A stretch of 64,000 bases of DNA from Polyangiaceae bacterium (lineage in GTDB: Bacteria; Myxococcota_A; Polyangia; Polyangiales; Polyangiaceae): the NCBI GenBank assembly GCA_050287085.1, contig JBNKBE010000005.1, positions 160,001 to 224,000 of the forward strand. The letters are read 5' to 3'. The translations under genes and the position numbers were made by a program. Positions 10,604 through 19,653 of the stretch are shown piece by piece (position 1 is the first letter of the stretch; the number at the start of each line of letters is the position of its first letter). The notes under the pieces are model-generated. The model was not told where the DNA came from. It ran no database searches and saw only the letters and a program-made list of their open reading frames with translations.

Positions 10604-11736
10604 CCGAGCAGCCACATCCACGAATTCTGTGTGTAGACGACGAGCCGCATCTGCTGGAGGGCCTCAGTCGAACCCTGCGAAGAGCCTTCTGTACGACAAC
10701 CGCCCTCGGTGCAGACGACGGCCTACGCGCTTTTCAGAAGCAGCCCTTTCCGGTCGTGTTGTCCGATCTTCGCATGCCCGGCATGGACGGCTTGGAGTTC
10801 CTGGCGGAGGTACGCAGGCGCGAGCCTGATACGGTCTGCGTACTGCTCACGGGGGATGCAGATTTGGCACGCGCGATCGCCGCGCTGAATGAAGGGCACG
10901 TCTTTCGCTTTCTAAACAAGCCATGTCCAAGTCCATTGCTGATGCGTTCCCTGCGCGGCGCCTACCACCAGTATCAGCTTCAGACCGGCCATCGGCAGAT
11001 GTTCGAAGAAACGCTGCGAGGCACGGTAGCCGCCCTATGTGATATGCTTGGGGTTGCCCGCCCGAGCGCATTCGGCCGTGCGCATCGACTCCGCCGCTGG
11101 CTCCAAGTGGCTAGCCGCACTTTGGCGCAACCCGGATGGGAGCTCGAGATGGCCGCCCAACTATGCCAAGTCGGATGGCTGATGATTCCTGAAGAGCTCT
11201 TGCGTCGCCTTCGCGCAGGAGCTCAACTCTCGGCCGCAGAGGCGAATATGCTCAGGGCCGTCCCGACGGCGGCGCGACGCATCGCCGAGGAGATCCCGCA
11301 TCTGAATGGAGTGAGGGAGTTGATCAACGATGCAGCTTGCGAACTCGCTCCGAGCTCGGCGAGCTGCGCCACGACACCGCGTCTCCCAGCCGGACGCCTG
11401 CTCGCGGCGGCGCTGCATCTGGACCGCGTCCTCGAAACCGAAGACGTCGCGAGGGCTGGCCAAGTCTTGGAGCAGCTCTCCTTCGTCGACGCACAAATGG
11501 CCCGTGCTCTGCTGGACGCTCTAGGACGAGGCAGCCGCTTCGAGCGCACCATCCCACTCGCTGAATTGGTGCCAGGTATGGTCTTTCTGGAAGATGTCGA
11601 ATGCGCAGGCGACGTGATCGCAGCCCGCGGACAACAAGCGACAACGGCACTGCTGGGACGCCTGCTCAATGTCACACGCCCCGACAGTCTTCCGCCCAGC
11701 GTGCGCTGCGCCGTTCCGAACGAGGCGTCAGAGTAG
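10600..11736 (+). CDS. Response regulator with degenerate HD/HD-GYP-like domain
   Basis: REC (VDDE, DLRMP, KP). RpfG-like region has AAQLCQVG in place of HDIG; C-terminal LVPGMVFLEDV motif. GTG start overlaps the upstream TGA. Confidence 0.8.
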   Translation: MTEQPHPRILCVDDEPHLLEGLSRTLRRAFCTTTALGADDGLRAFQKQPFPVVLSDLRMPGMDGLEFLAEVRRREPDTVCVLLTGDADLARAIAALNEGHVFRFLNKPCPSPLLMRSLRGAYHQYQLQTGHRQMFEETLRGTVAALCDMLGVARPSAFGRAHRLRRWLQVASRTLAQPGWELEMAAQLCQVGWLMIPEELLRRLRAGAQLSAAEANMLRAVPTAARRIAEEIPHLNGVRELINDAACELAPSSASCATTPRLPAGRLLAAALHLDRVLETEDVARAGQVLEQLSFVDAQMARALLDALGRGSRFERTIPLAELVPGMVFLEDVECAGDVIAARGQQATTALLGRLLNVTRPDSLPPSVRCAVPNEASE

Positions 11737-12202
11737 CTTCGACTTGCCCTGTTAAGTCAATCACGTCATCCTCGAAAGCTCAGCTGCGATTCACAGCTTG
11801 CTGGGGCGTCAACAATTCAATCTGGAAGCGCGCGTCCCGTGCCCCAGAGCGGTCTTGGTGAAACGCATGACGGTCGGCGAGCCGGCTGCACGACTCTCTC
11901 TTCCAGTTGGAAGCGGGAGGTGTCGATTGGGAAGAACCGGGACAATCGGGCAACGGCGCCGCGCATTGCATCGCCTGCCAGTGCCAACCTGGAACGGTGT
12001 TTCTCTGCCAGAGGAACGAGATCGCGCACAGGCGTCCCATGGGCCAGCCTGCTACCGCCGACCCACAAGTGCTACAAGTGAACACTTGCTACTCGTCCCC
12101 GAATCCCACTACGAAGCACGTGGATGCAGTCTTTGAGATTGCAACGAGGGAACCCGCCAACGAGGCACGAAGTGACCGTGGCAACACATTATCCTCCGGG
12201 TC

Positions 12203-12784
12203 GTGATGCAAAATTCAGGTAGGCAGCACTCCGTGCTGAGCCGCGCCGCTCGAGCTTTGGCCGAAGAGGTTTCGGGGCTCAGCCCGCTGCAGTCCGCCAG
12301 TCAATGGCTATCGGGCTTCTTGCCTCCTCTTACTTTTTCTAGGCTGCGCACTGGAATGCTGCGAGCTACTGGTGGGCTTCAGATCGGCCCTCGTTCACTG
12401 TTCTGTGGCAAGGTGTCGGTCTGCGGACGCGTTTCGCAGACGTGTCCGCTGCGTATCGGTGCCGACTGCATCATAACAAGTCCACTATTTGTCGACCTGC
12501 ACGCGGGCGTGAGCGTCGGTGATAGGGTCTATATCGGCCCGGAAAGCGCGCTGCTAACGGTGGGTCACGATATCGCCGATGGTGATCGCCGCTGCGGGCA
12601 ACGCCACTTTGCGTCCATTCGCATCGAAGACGGGGCCTGGCTGGGGGCTCGAGTCATCGTGATGCCGGGTGTCAACATCGGAAAGGGAGCTGTGGTGGGC
12701 GCAGGAAGCGTCGTCACGCGCGACGTCCCCGCAAACACTCTGGTTGCAGGCTCGCCAGCCAGAATCGTCCGCCAGCTCGATTGA
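12203..12784 (+). CDS. Hexapeptide-repeat (LbetaH) O-acyltransferase, maltose/galactoside acetyltransferase-like
   Basis: IEDGAWLGARVIVMPGVNIGKGAVVGAGSVVTRDVP..GSPAR. Confidence 0.9.
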   Translation: MMQNSGRQHSVLSRAARALAEEVSGLSPLQSASQWLSGFLPPLTFSRLRTGMLRATGGLQIGPRSLFCGKVSVCGRVSQTCPLRIGADCIITSPLFVDLHAGVSVGDRVYIGPESALLTVGHDIADGDRRCGQRHFASIRIEDGAWLGARVIVMPGVNIGKGAVVGAGSVVTRDVPANTLVAGSPARIVRQLD

Positions 12785-12921
12785 AGAAGAGCAGGGCCGT
12801 CGCTTTCGATCACCGAACCTGGGGAGCGGCGGTCGCAAAGGGCACATCGCGATAGCGCCCTTCTGACGACGACCCGTCCACCAGTCGTCAGACTTACACT
12901 CCAAAGGGCTGCGCGCTGCCC

Positions 12922-14643
12922 TTAGAGGCGACCGTTCTTCTGTGGCGCCCAGCTATCGGCGAGCTCACGAGCCCTCTCGAGCTCGCCCTGCTGCACGTTG
13001 GGCGGCACCTCCAATACCCGAAACAGCTGAGCAAGAACCTGGAGCATGCCCTCCCCTTCTTCGGCAACCACCCGAATCACGCCCTGCCGCAACAGGACCT
13101 GTCTTTCGGCAAGATAGTGGGTGCGCGCAACGATATGTGCCGCAGGCGCAACCCGTTGGGCTGCTTCCACGACCCGCTCGGTGGCTGACAGATCATTGAT
13201 GGTGATCACCACGGCCCGCGCCGTTGCTATGTGCGCGTGACCGAGCGCCTCTTCGCTCGTTGCGTCCGCGTAGAAAACAGGGGCTCCGACCTCGCGTCCG
13301 CGACGAACGTTTTCTGGATTCAGTTCAAGGATAGCGTGCCTCACTCCGAGCCGACGGAGACCAGCCGCCAGCGTCTCTCCTGCAAAACCGTACCCCACCA
13401 CCACCACGTGACCTTCGAGGGCCGGTTCATGATCCAGTTCTTCAATGCCGCGCGCTCCCATGAGCCGCGCCAGTGGCGCCAACAGCCGTTCACCGGCCGT
13501 GACGTGGGGCGCCACCTGAACGAGAATCGGCGTCAAGAACATGCTGATGATCCCCGCCGCTAGCAGGGGCTTGACTTCGACCTCGGAGACGACCTGTGAC
13601 TGAACTCCCAGCTTGACCAAGACGAAGCCAAACTCACCGAACTGGGCCAGTCCCAGACCCGCAAGCCACGCCACACGCGGTGGAAAGCGCATGGCCAAAG
13701 CCGCAACCGTGGCCACGGCCCCTTTGACCAATACGAACGTGATGAACCAAGCAAGAACCGCGAGCGGAGCGGCAGCCAGTACCTCCACGTCGAAGAACAT
13801 GCCGAGGGAAACGAAGAAGAAACTGACGAAAACGTCCCTCAAGGAGAGCATGTCACCCAGCGCCCGGTGACGATAGTCGGTGTCCGCCACGACCACGCCA
13901 CCCAAGAAAGCGCCCAGGGCAAGCGACAGCCCAGCCAAGGACGTCACCCATGCTGTGCCTGCGCAGATCGCAACAACGGCCAGCAGGAACACTTCACGGC
14001 TGCGACTTGCAGCCACCAAGAAGAAGAGACGCGGCACAATGACCCGCGCAAGTGACAACACGAGCGCGATGACGGCCACGGCCTTCAGCAAGGCGAGCGC
14101 AATGACCAAAGACCCAGCCTGTTTCCCTTCGCTCAGCATGGGAACAATCAGCACCATGGGCACGACACAAAGGTCTTGGAAGATGAGAGCGCCGACGATG
14201 AAACGCCCCTGCGGCGCCTCTGTTTCGCGTCGCTCGGCAAGAACTCTAAGGACCAGGGCAGTGCTGGATAGAGCCACCACAAAACCGAAAAATACCGCAA
14301 CCCCCGAGGTTGCGCCGATTGCCATCACCCCTAGCGCGACAGCCGACACCGTGCCCGCGACCTGAATCAGCCCCCCCAAGGCCACGCGTTGCATGATGTG
14401 TCGAAGACGGGCCAGTGAAAACTCGAGGCCGATCGTAAACAGAAGCAACACGACCCCAACCTCCGCGATAGACTCAATCGCATGGGTATCGCGGACGAAT
14501 CCGGCTCCGTAGGGCCCCATGAAGACGCCGGCAAGCAGCAGCCCCGCGGCCGCGGGCATGCGCAGGCGACCCACCACGAGCGCCACTCCCACGGCGGTAG
14601 CCGCAACCAACGCAATCTCTCGCAGAAGGGGAATGTGGCTCAT
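12922..14643 (-). CDS. CPA2-family cation/proton antiporter (KefB/KefC/YbaL-like) with TrkA-N domain
   Basis: Multiple TM segments, LLFTIGLEFS, ALSST, LIFQDL, QFGEFGFV, C-terminal VVVGYG Rossmann. Start at ATG 14643. Confidence 0.92.
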   Translation of the reverse strand: MSHIPLLREIALVAATAVGVALVVGRLRMPAAAGLLLAGVFMGPYGAGFVRDTHAIESIAEVGVVLLLFTIGLEFSLARLRHIMQRVALGGLIQVAGTVSAVALGVMAIGATSGVAVFFGFVVALSSTALVLRVLAERRETEAPQGRFIVGALIFQDLCVVPMVLIVPMLSEGKQAGSLVIALALLKAVAVIALVLSLARVIVPRLFFLVAASRSREVFLLAVVAICAGTAWVTSLAGLSLALGAFLGGVVVADTDYRHRALGDMLSLRDVFVSFFFVSLGMFFDVEVLAAAPLAVLAWFITFVLVKGAVATVAALAMRFPPRVAWLAGLGLAQFGEFGFVLVKLGVQSQVVSEVEVKPLLAAGIISMFLTPILVQVAPHVTAGERLLAPLARLMGARGIEELDHEPALEGHVVVVGYGFAGETLAAGLRRLGVRHAILELNPENVRRGREVGAPVFYADATSEEALGHAHIATARAVVITINDLSATERVVEAAQRVAPAAHIVARTHYLAERQVLLRQGVIRVVAEEGEGMLQVLAQLFRVLEVPPNVQQGELERARELADSWAPQKNGRL

Positions 14644-15136
14644 CGCTTGGCTGTAGCACCTTTTTGCCCCAAGCGTGAGCCACGCCCGAGGTACAGAAGC
14701 TTTGCTCGGAGGTGCGTGGCGCAAGCTCGCTCGCTCCCCGCGGTCTTGGGTGTGCACTCCGACGCAAGATGAGCACCGCACACGGGCCGCGCGGGTTGTC
14801 TCGAATCCACGGGCGCGCGTCTTCCTCGAAGGCTACGTCGAGGGTCTGATCGGTGAGCTCCACCGCCCCAGTGGAGCCGGACGACGGTAAGCCACTGCCT
14901 GTGGACTGGCGCTACCGCCTACCAGTCGTCGCAACCGGGCAAGGCGGTGCCCTTGCCGTCAAGAGACAGCACACCCAACTGCTCATGCTCCAAGTCATTC
15001 GAGATCTGTCATGAACACTGGGTCGTCCACTTTCCGCGTTGTTGTCGAGCGCCGGCTGGGCGCCGAGATTCGGTCCGCCGAGGCGCCCCGGGCATGGTTT
15101 GGACTACCGAATGCACCAGCCAGAGCCTTCCGAGTC

Positions 15137-16168
15137 TCAAACTCGGAAGTCGCCGCCGGACGAGGATCTGCCCGAGTGGACGCGGGCGCTTCGGCGCGAC
15201 ACTGCGGCGGCCAACGTCAATCCCAGCATCAGCCAGAGCGGTCCCCGCGGGCCACGGCCGCTAGCCCCGTAGGCGCACGCAGCGCCGTCTGAACGCGACT
15301 TGCTGTCGGGCGCAAGCGTCTCATGCACCCAATCGTCTAAGACCCCGGCGCCCGTCGCAACTCCGCCGTCGCGGTTCAATGTCTCCTGCAACTCCTCTGC
15401 GGCTGCCGATAAATCGTCGCTTGCCGCCTCGATCTGAGCCTGCTGGTCATCCGACAGCACTGCAAGCGCCAACTCGCCGACGTTGATGTCCAGGTTAACT
15501 AGGGCATTGACACAGTGACCAAGATCCTCCCCCGCAAGGATGAACTGACCGTCGCAAAACAATCCGCCCGAACCTTCACACCCTCCCACACAGTCTTGAT
15601 CGACCTCGGTGTAACACGACTCAATCTCATCCGCTTGGCAGATGGTCTGGCAGCCCATTGCCCCGACGGCTCGACAGCTTCCGGTGCAGCACTCCGTACA
15701 GTGCTCGTAACATGTCGTCTCCGGAGGCAGCTCTGAGCATTGAGACGTGCACTCCCCGTCGCAGGTTGCTTCGCAGCTCGCCAGACACAGCGTGGGGTCG
15801 GCGGCGCCGAGACAACTCATCTTGCACCCTTCCGTGCATTCAGGATAGCAGTTGTGCTTGCAGACCACGTCGACGCCGCGAGTACAGCTCGACGTACACT
15901 GTTCGCTGCAGTCGTCAACACATACAACGGTGGCCGGCACCTCACACTCATCGTGACATCGCTCGTAGGTCCGTGTCGTGCACGTCTTGGTATAAGTGGC
16001 CGGACCGCACTCGTATCGACAATCGGCTCCGAGCCTGAGTTCGCAGCGAGCGGTCGCGTCGATACGTATGTTCCCGCACTCGGGTACCCCTCCGGCGGCC
16101 AGCGACGTATGGCCGATTACCCCAAGGAAAACCCAGAACCCCAGACGCCCCATCCAAGTTTTTCTCAT
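15137..16168 (-). CDS. Secreted Cys-rich protein with MYXO-CTERM-like C-terminus
   Basis: Signal peptide, dense CxxxCxxxC repeats, ending GAACAY..PLWLMLGLTLAAAVSRR. Start could be 16231. Confidence 0.75.
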   Translation of the reverse strand: MRKTWMGRLGFWVFLGVIGHTSLAAGGVPECGNIRIDATARCELRLGADCRYECGPATYTKTCTTRTYERCHDECEVPATVVCVDDCSEQCTSSCTRGVDVVCKHNCYPECTEGCKMSCLGAADPTLCLASCEATCDGECTSQCSELPPETTCYEHCTECCTGSCRAVGAMGCQTICQADEIESCYTEVDQDCVGGCEGSGGLFCDGQFILAGEDLGHCVNALVNLDINVGELALAVLSDDQQAQIEAASDDLSAAAEELQETLNRDGGVATGAGVLDDWVHETLAPDSKSRSDGAACAYGASGRGPRGPLWLMLGLTLAAAVSRRSARVHSGRSSSGGDFRV

Positions 16169-16283
16169 AATAATATCCTTCCGCGCCAACCGGCACGCCC
16201 AAACAGCCGACATCAGCCAGAGCTCATACACACCAGCAGGTGAACGAGCCCGCCGAGACGAAAGTCGATGAACAAAGGATCAT

Positions 16284-16300
16284 TGCAACGTGCGTGCCAG
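16284..16300 (-). promoter_or_regulatory. Sigma-54 (-24/-12) promoter for the Cys-rich protein
   Basis: Minus strand reads CTGGCACG-CACG-TTGCA, the exact consensus with GG-N10-GC spacing. Confidence 0.7.
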
Positions 16301-16590
16301 CGGGAATGGATCTACCTGAGAACCGCTCCTAGGAGCCGCCGCAGCATCGCGTCGCGCCCAAGGGGGAAGGCCACTCCGACGCTGCTGCTGGGGGATTCTT
16401 TCGGTCTCTGCCTTCTGCGATTGCCGGGTCACCGATTCGGTTTGGAATCGGTTCTATGTGCTCCCATTCTTGCTCCACCAGTATTTGAGCAGAACGTTTC
16501 CGGACAATGCTGTCATGGGGACCAAAGGCGAGGGCGTCACCGAGGCGATGACGTCCCACCTTCATCACACCAGATTCTCCCCCAATCTCC

Positions 16591-17496
16591 TCATCGTCGG
16601 GGCGGAGGCGCGAAGCGGCCAGGAAAAGGCTCGGGCTCTTCACCGTACCCGCCCCACCCGCCGCGGAAGGAGCCAACCTCGTCGAACAAGGCAACGCCTA
16701 CGACGCCAACGTCGCGACCGCGGCCACGCCCAACGGCGTACGAACTCCAAACCTCGCCGAAGCGAAACGCGCGCACCGTACTCGCACTATCGCGAAACCC
16801 TTCGATGGTCAGGGTACCCCAAGGCTGAACAACATATCCGCGCTGATGAAACGCCGCATCCGAACCGTCCAGCACATCCAAGCCGTCGACGCTCGCCACC
16901 ACCTCAAATCGCTCGGCGGTGTGATTCCGTATTGAGATAGCGTAGCGCTCGCCCTCGTCTCCAAGGACATAACAGGTGCCGTTCGCGAACAACAGCGGCA
17001 GTGGCTCCTCGTCCGCCCCAACCAGCGCGACCGTCACCGCTCCTCCGGCTATCGGCACGACGCTCGGTTGCGCTTCGACCTCGGGCTCGGGCAGTCCTGA
17101 GAGGCGACCGATTCCTGCCGCATCGTCGTAGCGAAATGACACGAGTGCAAGCGGCCGTTCCGGCGCCTGACGCCGAAAGTCGACTTCATACAGTTCACTG
17201 CGCCGCCGTTCTCCCCATTGCGTGGCCAGCCCTGGAGGACTCTTCCTGACTTCGCGACCGCTGGCCATGCGGCGCCCTGGCCGCGTCGAAGCCATCGGCT
17301 TCGACGCGCCAGGAAAGCTGTCTGAGGCTTCTGACGCCCCATCCTGATACGGCTCTGAGGCTGGAGGGAGTCGACGAGCCTCTTCCTGATCGCTGCGGAC
17401 GACGGCAGATGGAGGATTCGAGTGAGCACAGCCCGAGACCCCAACAAGGGCCGCAAGCAGTGCGAGGCCAAGCCCCAATGATAACAGACGCGTCAT
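16591..17496 (-). CDS. Conserved hypothetical lipoprotein
   Basis: Lipobox VGVSGC; domain GERYAISIRN..EVVASVDGLDVLDG..RGYVV..IEGFR..FRF..VGVVGVALFDE. Confidence 0.75.
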   Translation of the reverse strand: MTRLLSLGLGLALLAALVGVSGCAHSNPPSAVVRSDQEEARRLPPASEPYQDGASEASDSFPGASKPMASTRPGRRMASGREVRKSPPGLATQWGERRRSELYEVDFRRQAPERPLALVSFRYDDAAGIGRLSGLPEPEVEAQPSVVPIAGGAVTVALVGADEEPLPLLFANGTCYVLGDEGERYAISIRNHTAERFEVVASVDGLDVLDGSDAAFHQRGYVVQPWGTLTIEGFRDSASTVRAFRFGEVWSSYAVGRGRGRDVGVVGVALFDEVGSFRGGWGGYGEEPEPFPGRFAPPPRR

Positions 17497-17520
17497 AGGT
17501 GTTCCTCTCTCGCGGGTTCC

Positions 17521-19374
17521 TCAGCGAGCAACCGCGAGTCCTCCGCGGCCGCCCACCGCTCGAATCAACCCCAAGAACTCCCTGCGATAGCCGTGTGGAT
17601 CGCGGTCCACCGCTTGCCCTGCGAGAGACTCGGCGAGCGCAGGACTGGAACTTCCACCGTAGGTTGAATGGCGTAGGTACATGCCGAAGGCGGCAACAGC
17701 ACTGGCAAAGCGGAAGTTGTTGGACGCTCGCTCCAGCGCGACCCCCTGATTCTGTACCACGTGGGTCAGCAACTTGCTGGCGCTACCCTCGGGCTCCTTG
17801 TACCGGAGTTTGACGGTGAGCAGCTCTTTGCGCTCCGGCGAAGGCGTGACGCGCTGATACTTGAGGGCGTCTACGCCCTGCACCGCTCTGGCCTGCGCCG
17901 GGGTGAGCAACTCGTAGAGGGCTGTTACGCTATGACCCGCCCCAATGTCCCCCGCGTCCTTCCTATCGTCGTTGAAATCGCGATCCGCAAGGCGACGGTT
18001 TTCGTACCCGATAAGGCGATAGGCACCCACAACGGCGGGATTGAACTCGACCTGGATCTTCACGTCCTTGGCGATTGTCAGGAGCGTTCCGCTCGCCTCC
18101 GTCACTAGCACCTTCGTCGCTTCTTCCAGCGTGTCGATGTACGCATAGTTGCCATTGCCACTATCCGCCAAGCGCTCAAGAGTGCTGTCGTTGTAATTCC
18201 CCATGCCGAAGCCCAAAACGGTAAGGAAGACGCCGCTTTTCCGCTTCTCCTCTATGAGCTCAACCAGGGCGCTCTCACTCGAAGCTCCAACGTTGAAGTC
18301 GCCATCGGTAGCAAGAATCACGCGGTTGATTCCGCCCCGCACGGCGTGCTCTTGCGCCACCTGATATGCTAGCTCAATACCAGCTGCTCCATTGGTCGAT
18401 CCTCCTGCCGCGAGTCGTTCGAGCGATTCGAGGATCAAGTCGCGACGGGACGCCGGAGTAGACGGCAATACAAGACCGCTGGCTCCCGCGTAGACGACAA
18501 TGGCGACTCGATCGAGAGGATTCATGGTATCGAGCAGCTTCGAGAAGGACTGCTTCAGGAGCGGAAGCTTGTTTGGACTGTCCATCGACCCCGAAACATC
18601 CAAGAGGAAGACCAGATTGCGGGGCGGCAGCTGACGTACGTCGACGCGGCGCCCCTGTAATCCTACGAGCAGCAACGAATGCTGAGGAGCCCACGGCGCG
18701 TGGCTCAGCTCTGTCGTCACGGAAAAGGGAACGTCACCCGTCGGCTCGGGGTACTCATAGCTGAAATAGTTGACCAGTTCCTCTATGCGGACCGCCCCCG
18801 GTGGCACGACGCTGCCGGAGTTTATCATGCGCCGTACGTTCGCGTAGGACGCGGTATCAACATCGATCGAAAATGTGGAAAGGGGGCTTACCGCAACTGG
18901 AGTGAAGGCGTTTTCCTCGACGTGCGCGTAGCGCTCCGTGTTGAACTCTGATGAAGCTGTGCCGGCGTGCTCCTCCTCGGCTTCTTGCTCAGAAGCTCCG
19001 TCGCTTGCGGCACTGAGCTCCGTCGCTTGGGCATCGGCTCGTGGACGCTTGGCGGCCCCCTCTCGGGACACATGCTCGGATTTGCGTGCGTGTCCTGCTG
19101 CTACAGTCGCGGGTAGACCTGGCGAGGGCGCGGGCGGTAGAGACGCCGTAGACGCTTTCTTTTTGCCAACTGCGACGACCTCACTGGTCACCTCAAAGGG
19201 CTCATCTTCGCTGGCTTCGGGCGCCTCGGACGAGCCCGTGGCCTCTTGCCGCGATGTAGATGGATCGAGCAGCGGAGCTGTGTCCTGCTTACCGCACGCA
19301 CAGACAAGCCATGACGCGACCAGAGCAAGCAGCCAGCGCAATATGATGGAATTGGATTGGACGATTCGGACCAT
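17521..19374 (-). CDS. YfbK-family vWA lipoprotein (vWF_A + VWA + DUF3520)
   Basis: PLSTFSIDVDTASY, VRIEELVNYF, MIDAS DVSGSM, ATDGDFNVG, YRLIGYENR, DAGDIGAGH. Confidence 0.92.
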   Translation of the reverse strand: MVRIVQSNSIILRWLLALVASWLVCACGKQDTAPLLDPSTSRQEATGSSEAPEASEDEPFEVTSEVVAVGKKKASTASLPPAPSPGLPATVAAGHARKSEHVSREGAAKRPRADAQATELSAASDGASEQEAEEEHAGTASSEFNTERYAHVEENAFTPVAVSPLSTFSIDVDTASYANVRRMINSGSVVPPGAVRIEELVNYFSYEYPEPTGDVPFSVTTELSHAPWAPQHSLLLVGLQGRRVDVRQLPPRNLVFLLDVSGSMDSPNKLPLLKQSFSKLLDTMNPLDRVAIVVYAGASGLVLPSTPASRRDLILESLERLAAGGSTNGAAGIELAYQVAQEHAVRGGINRVILATDGDFNVGASSESALVELIEEKRKSGVFLTVLGFGMGNYNDSTLERLADSGNGNYAYIDTLEEATKVLVTEASGTLLTIAKDVKIQVEFNPAVVGAYRLIGYENRRLADRDFNDDRKDAGDIGAGHSVTALYELLTPAQARAVQGVDALKYQRVTPSPERKELLTVKLRYKEPEGSASKLLTHVVQNQGVALERASNNFRFASAVAAFGMYLRHSTYGGSSSPALAESLAGQAVDRDPHGYRREFLGLIRAVGGRGGLAVAR

Positions 19375-19653
19375 GGAGCCTCCTGGGTTGTGAAGACCCA
19401 ACGCCGCCCTGCCCCTGCGCTTTCACTCAAATCGCCACAATTCACAGACCCTTTGCGGGCTCCGACCATTCTTCTACAAAGTCTCCGCGGGGCGTGTAAG
19501 CGCAGCCTACGACAAGCGTTCTTCCCGGTTTGCGCATCTGCCGGCGACGAAGACCGCCAAGCCCGCGCTCCTCGTCCCCTCTTCGACCGCTTGGCCGGGA
19601 GATATGGTGTGAAAGTGGGCCGCCCGCTCAGCCTTGTGGCAACGCACACCACC

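Noticed and set aside
11737..12202. Several short ORFs in this gap
   Set aside because: No motifs, RBS or coding-like composition; treated as intergenic.
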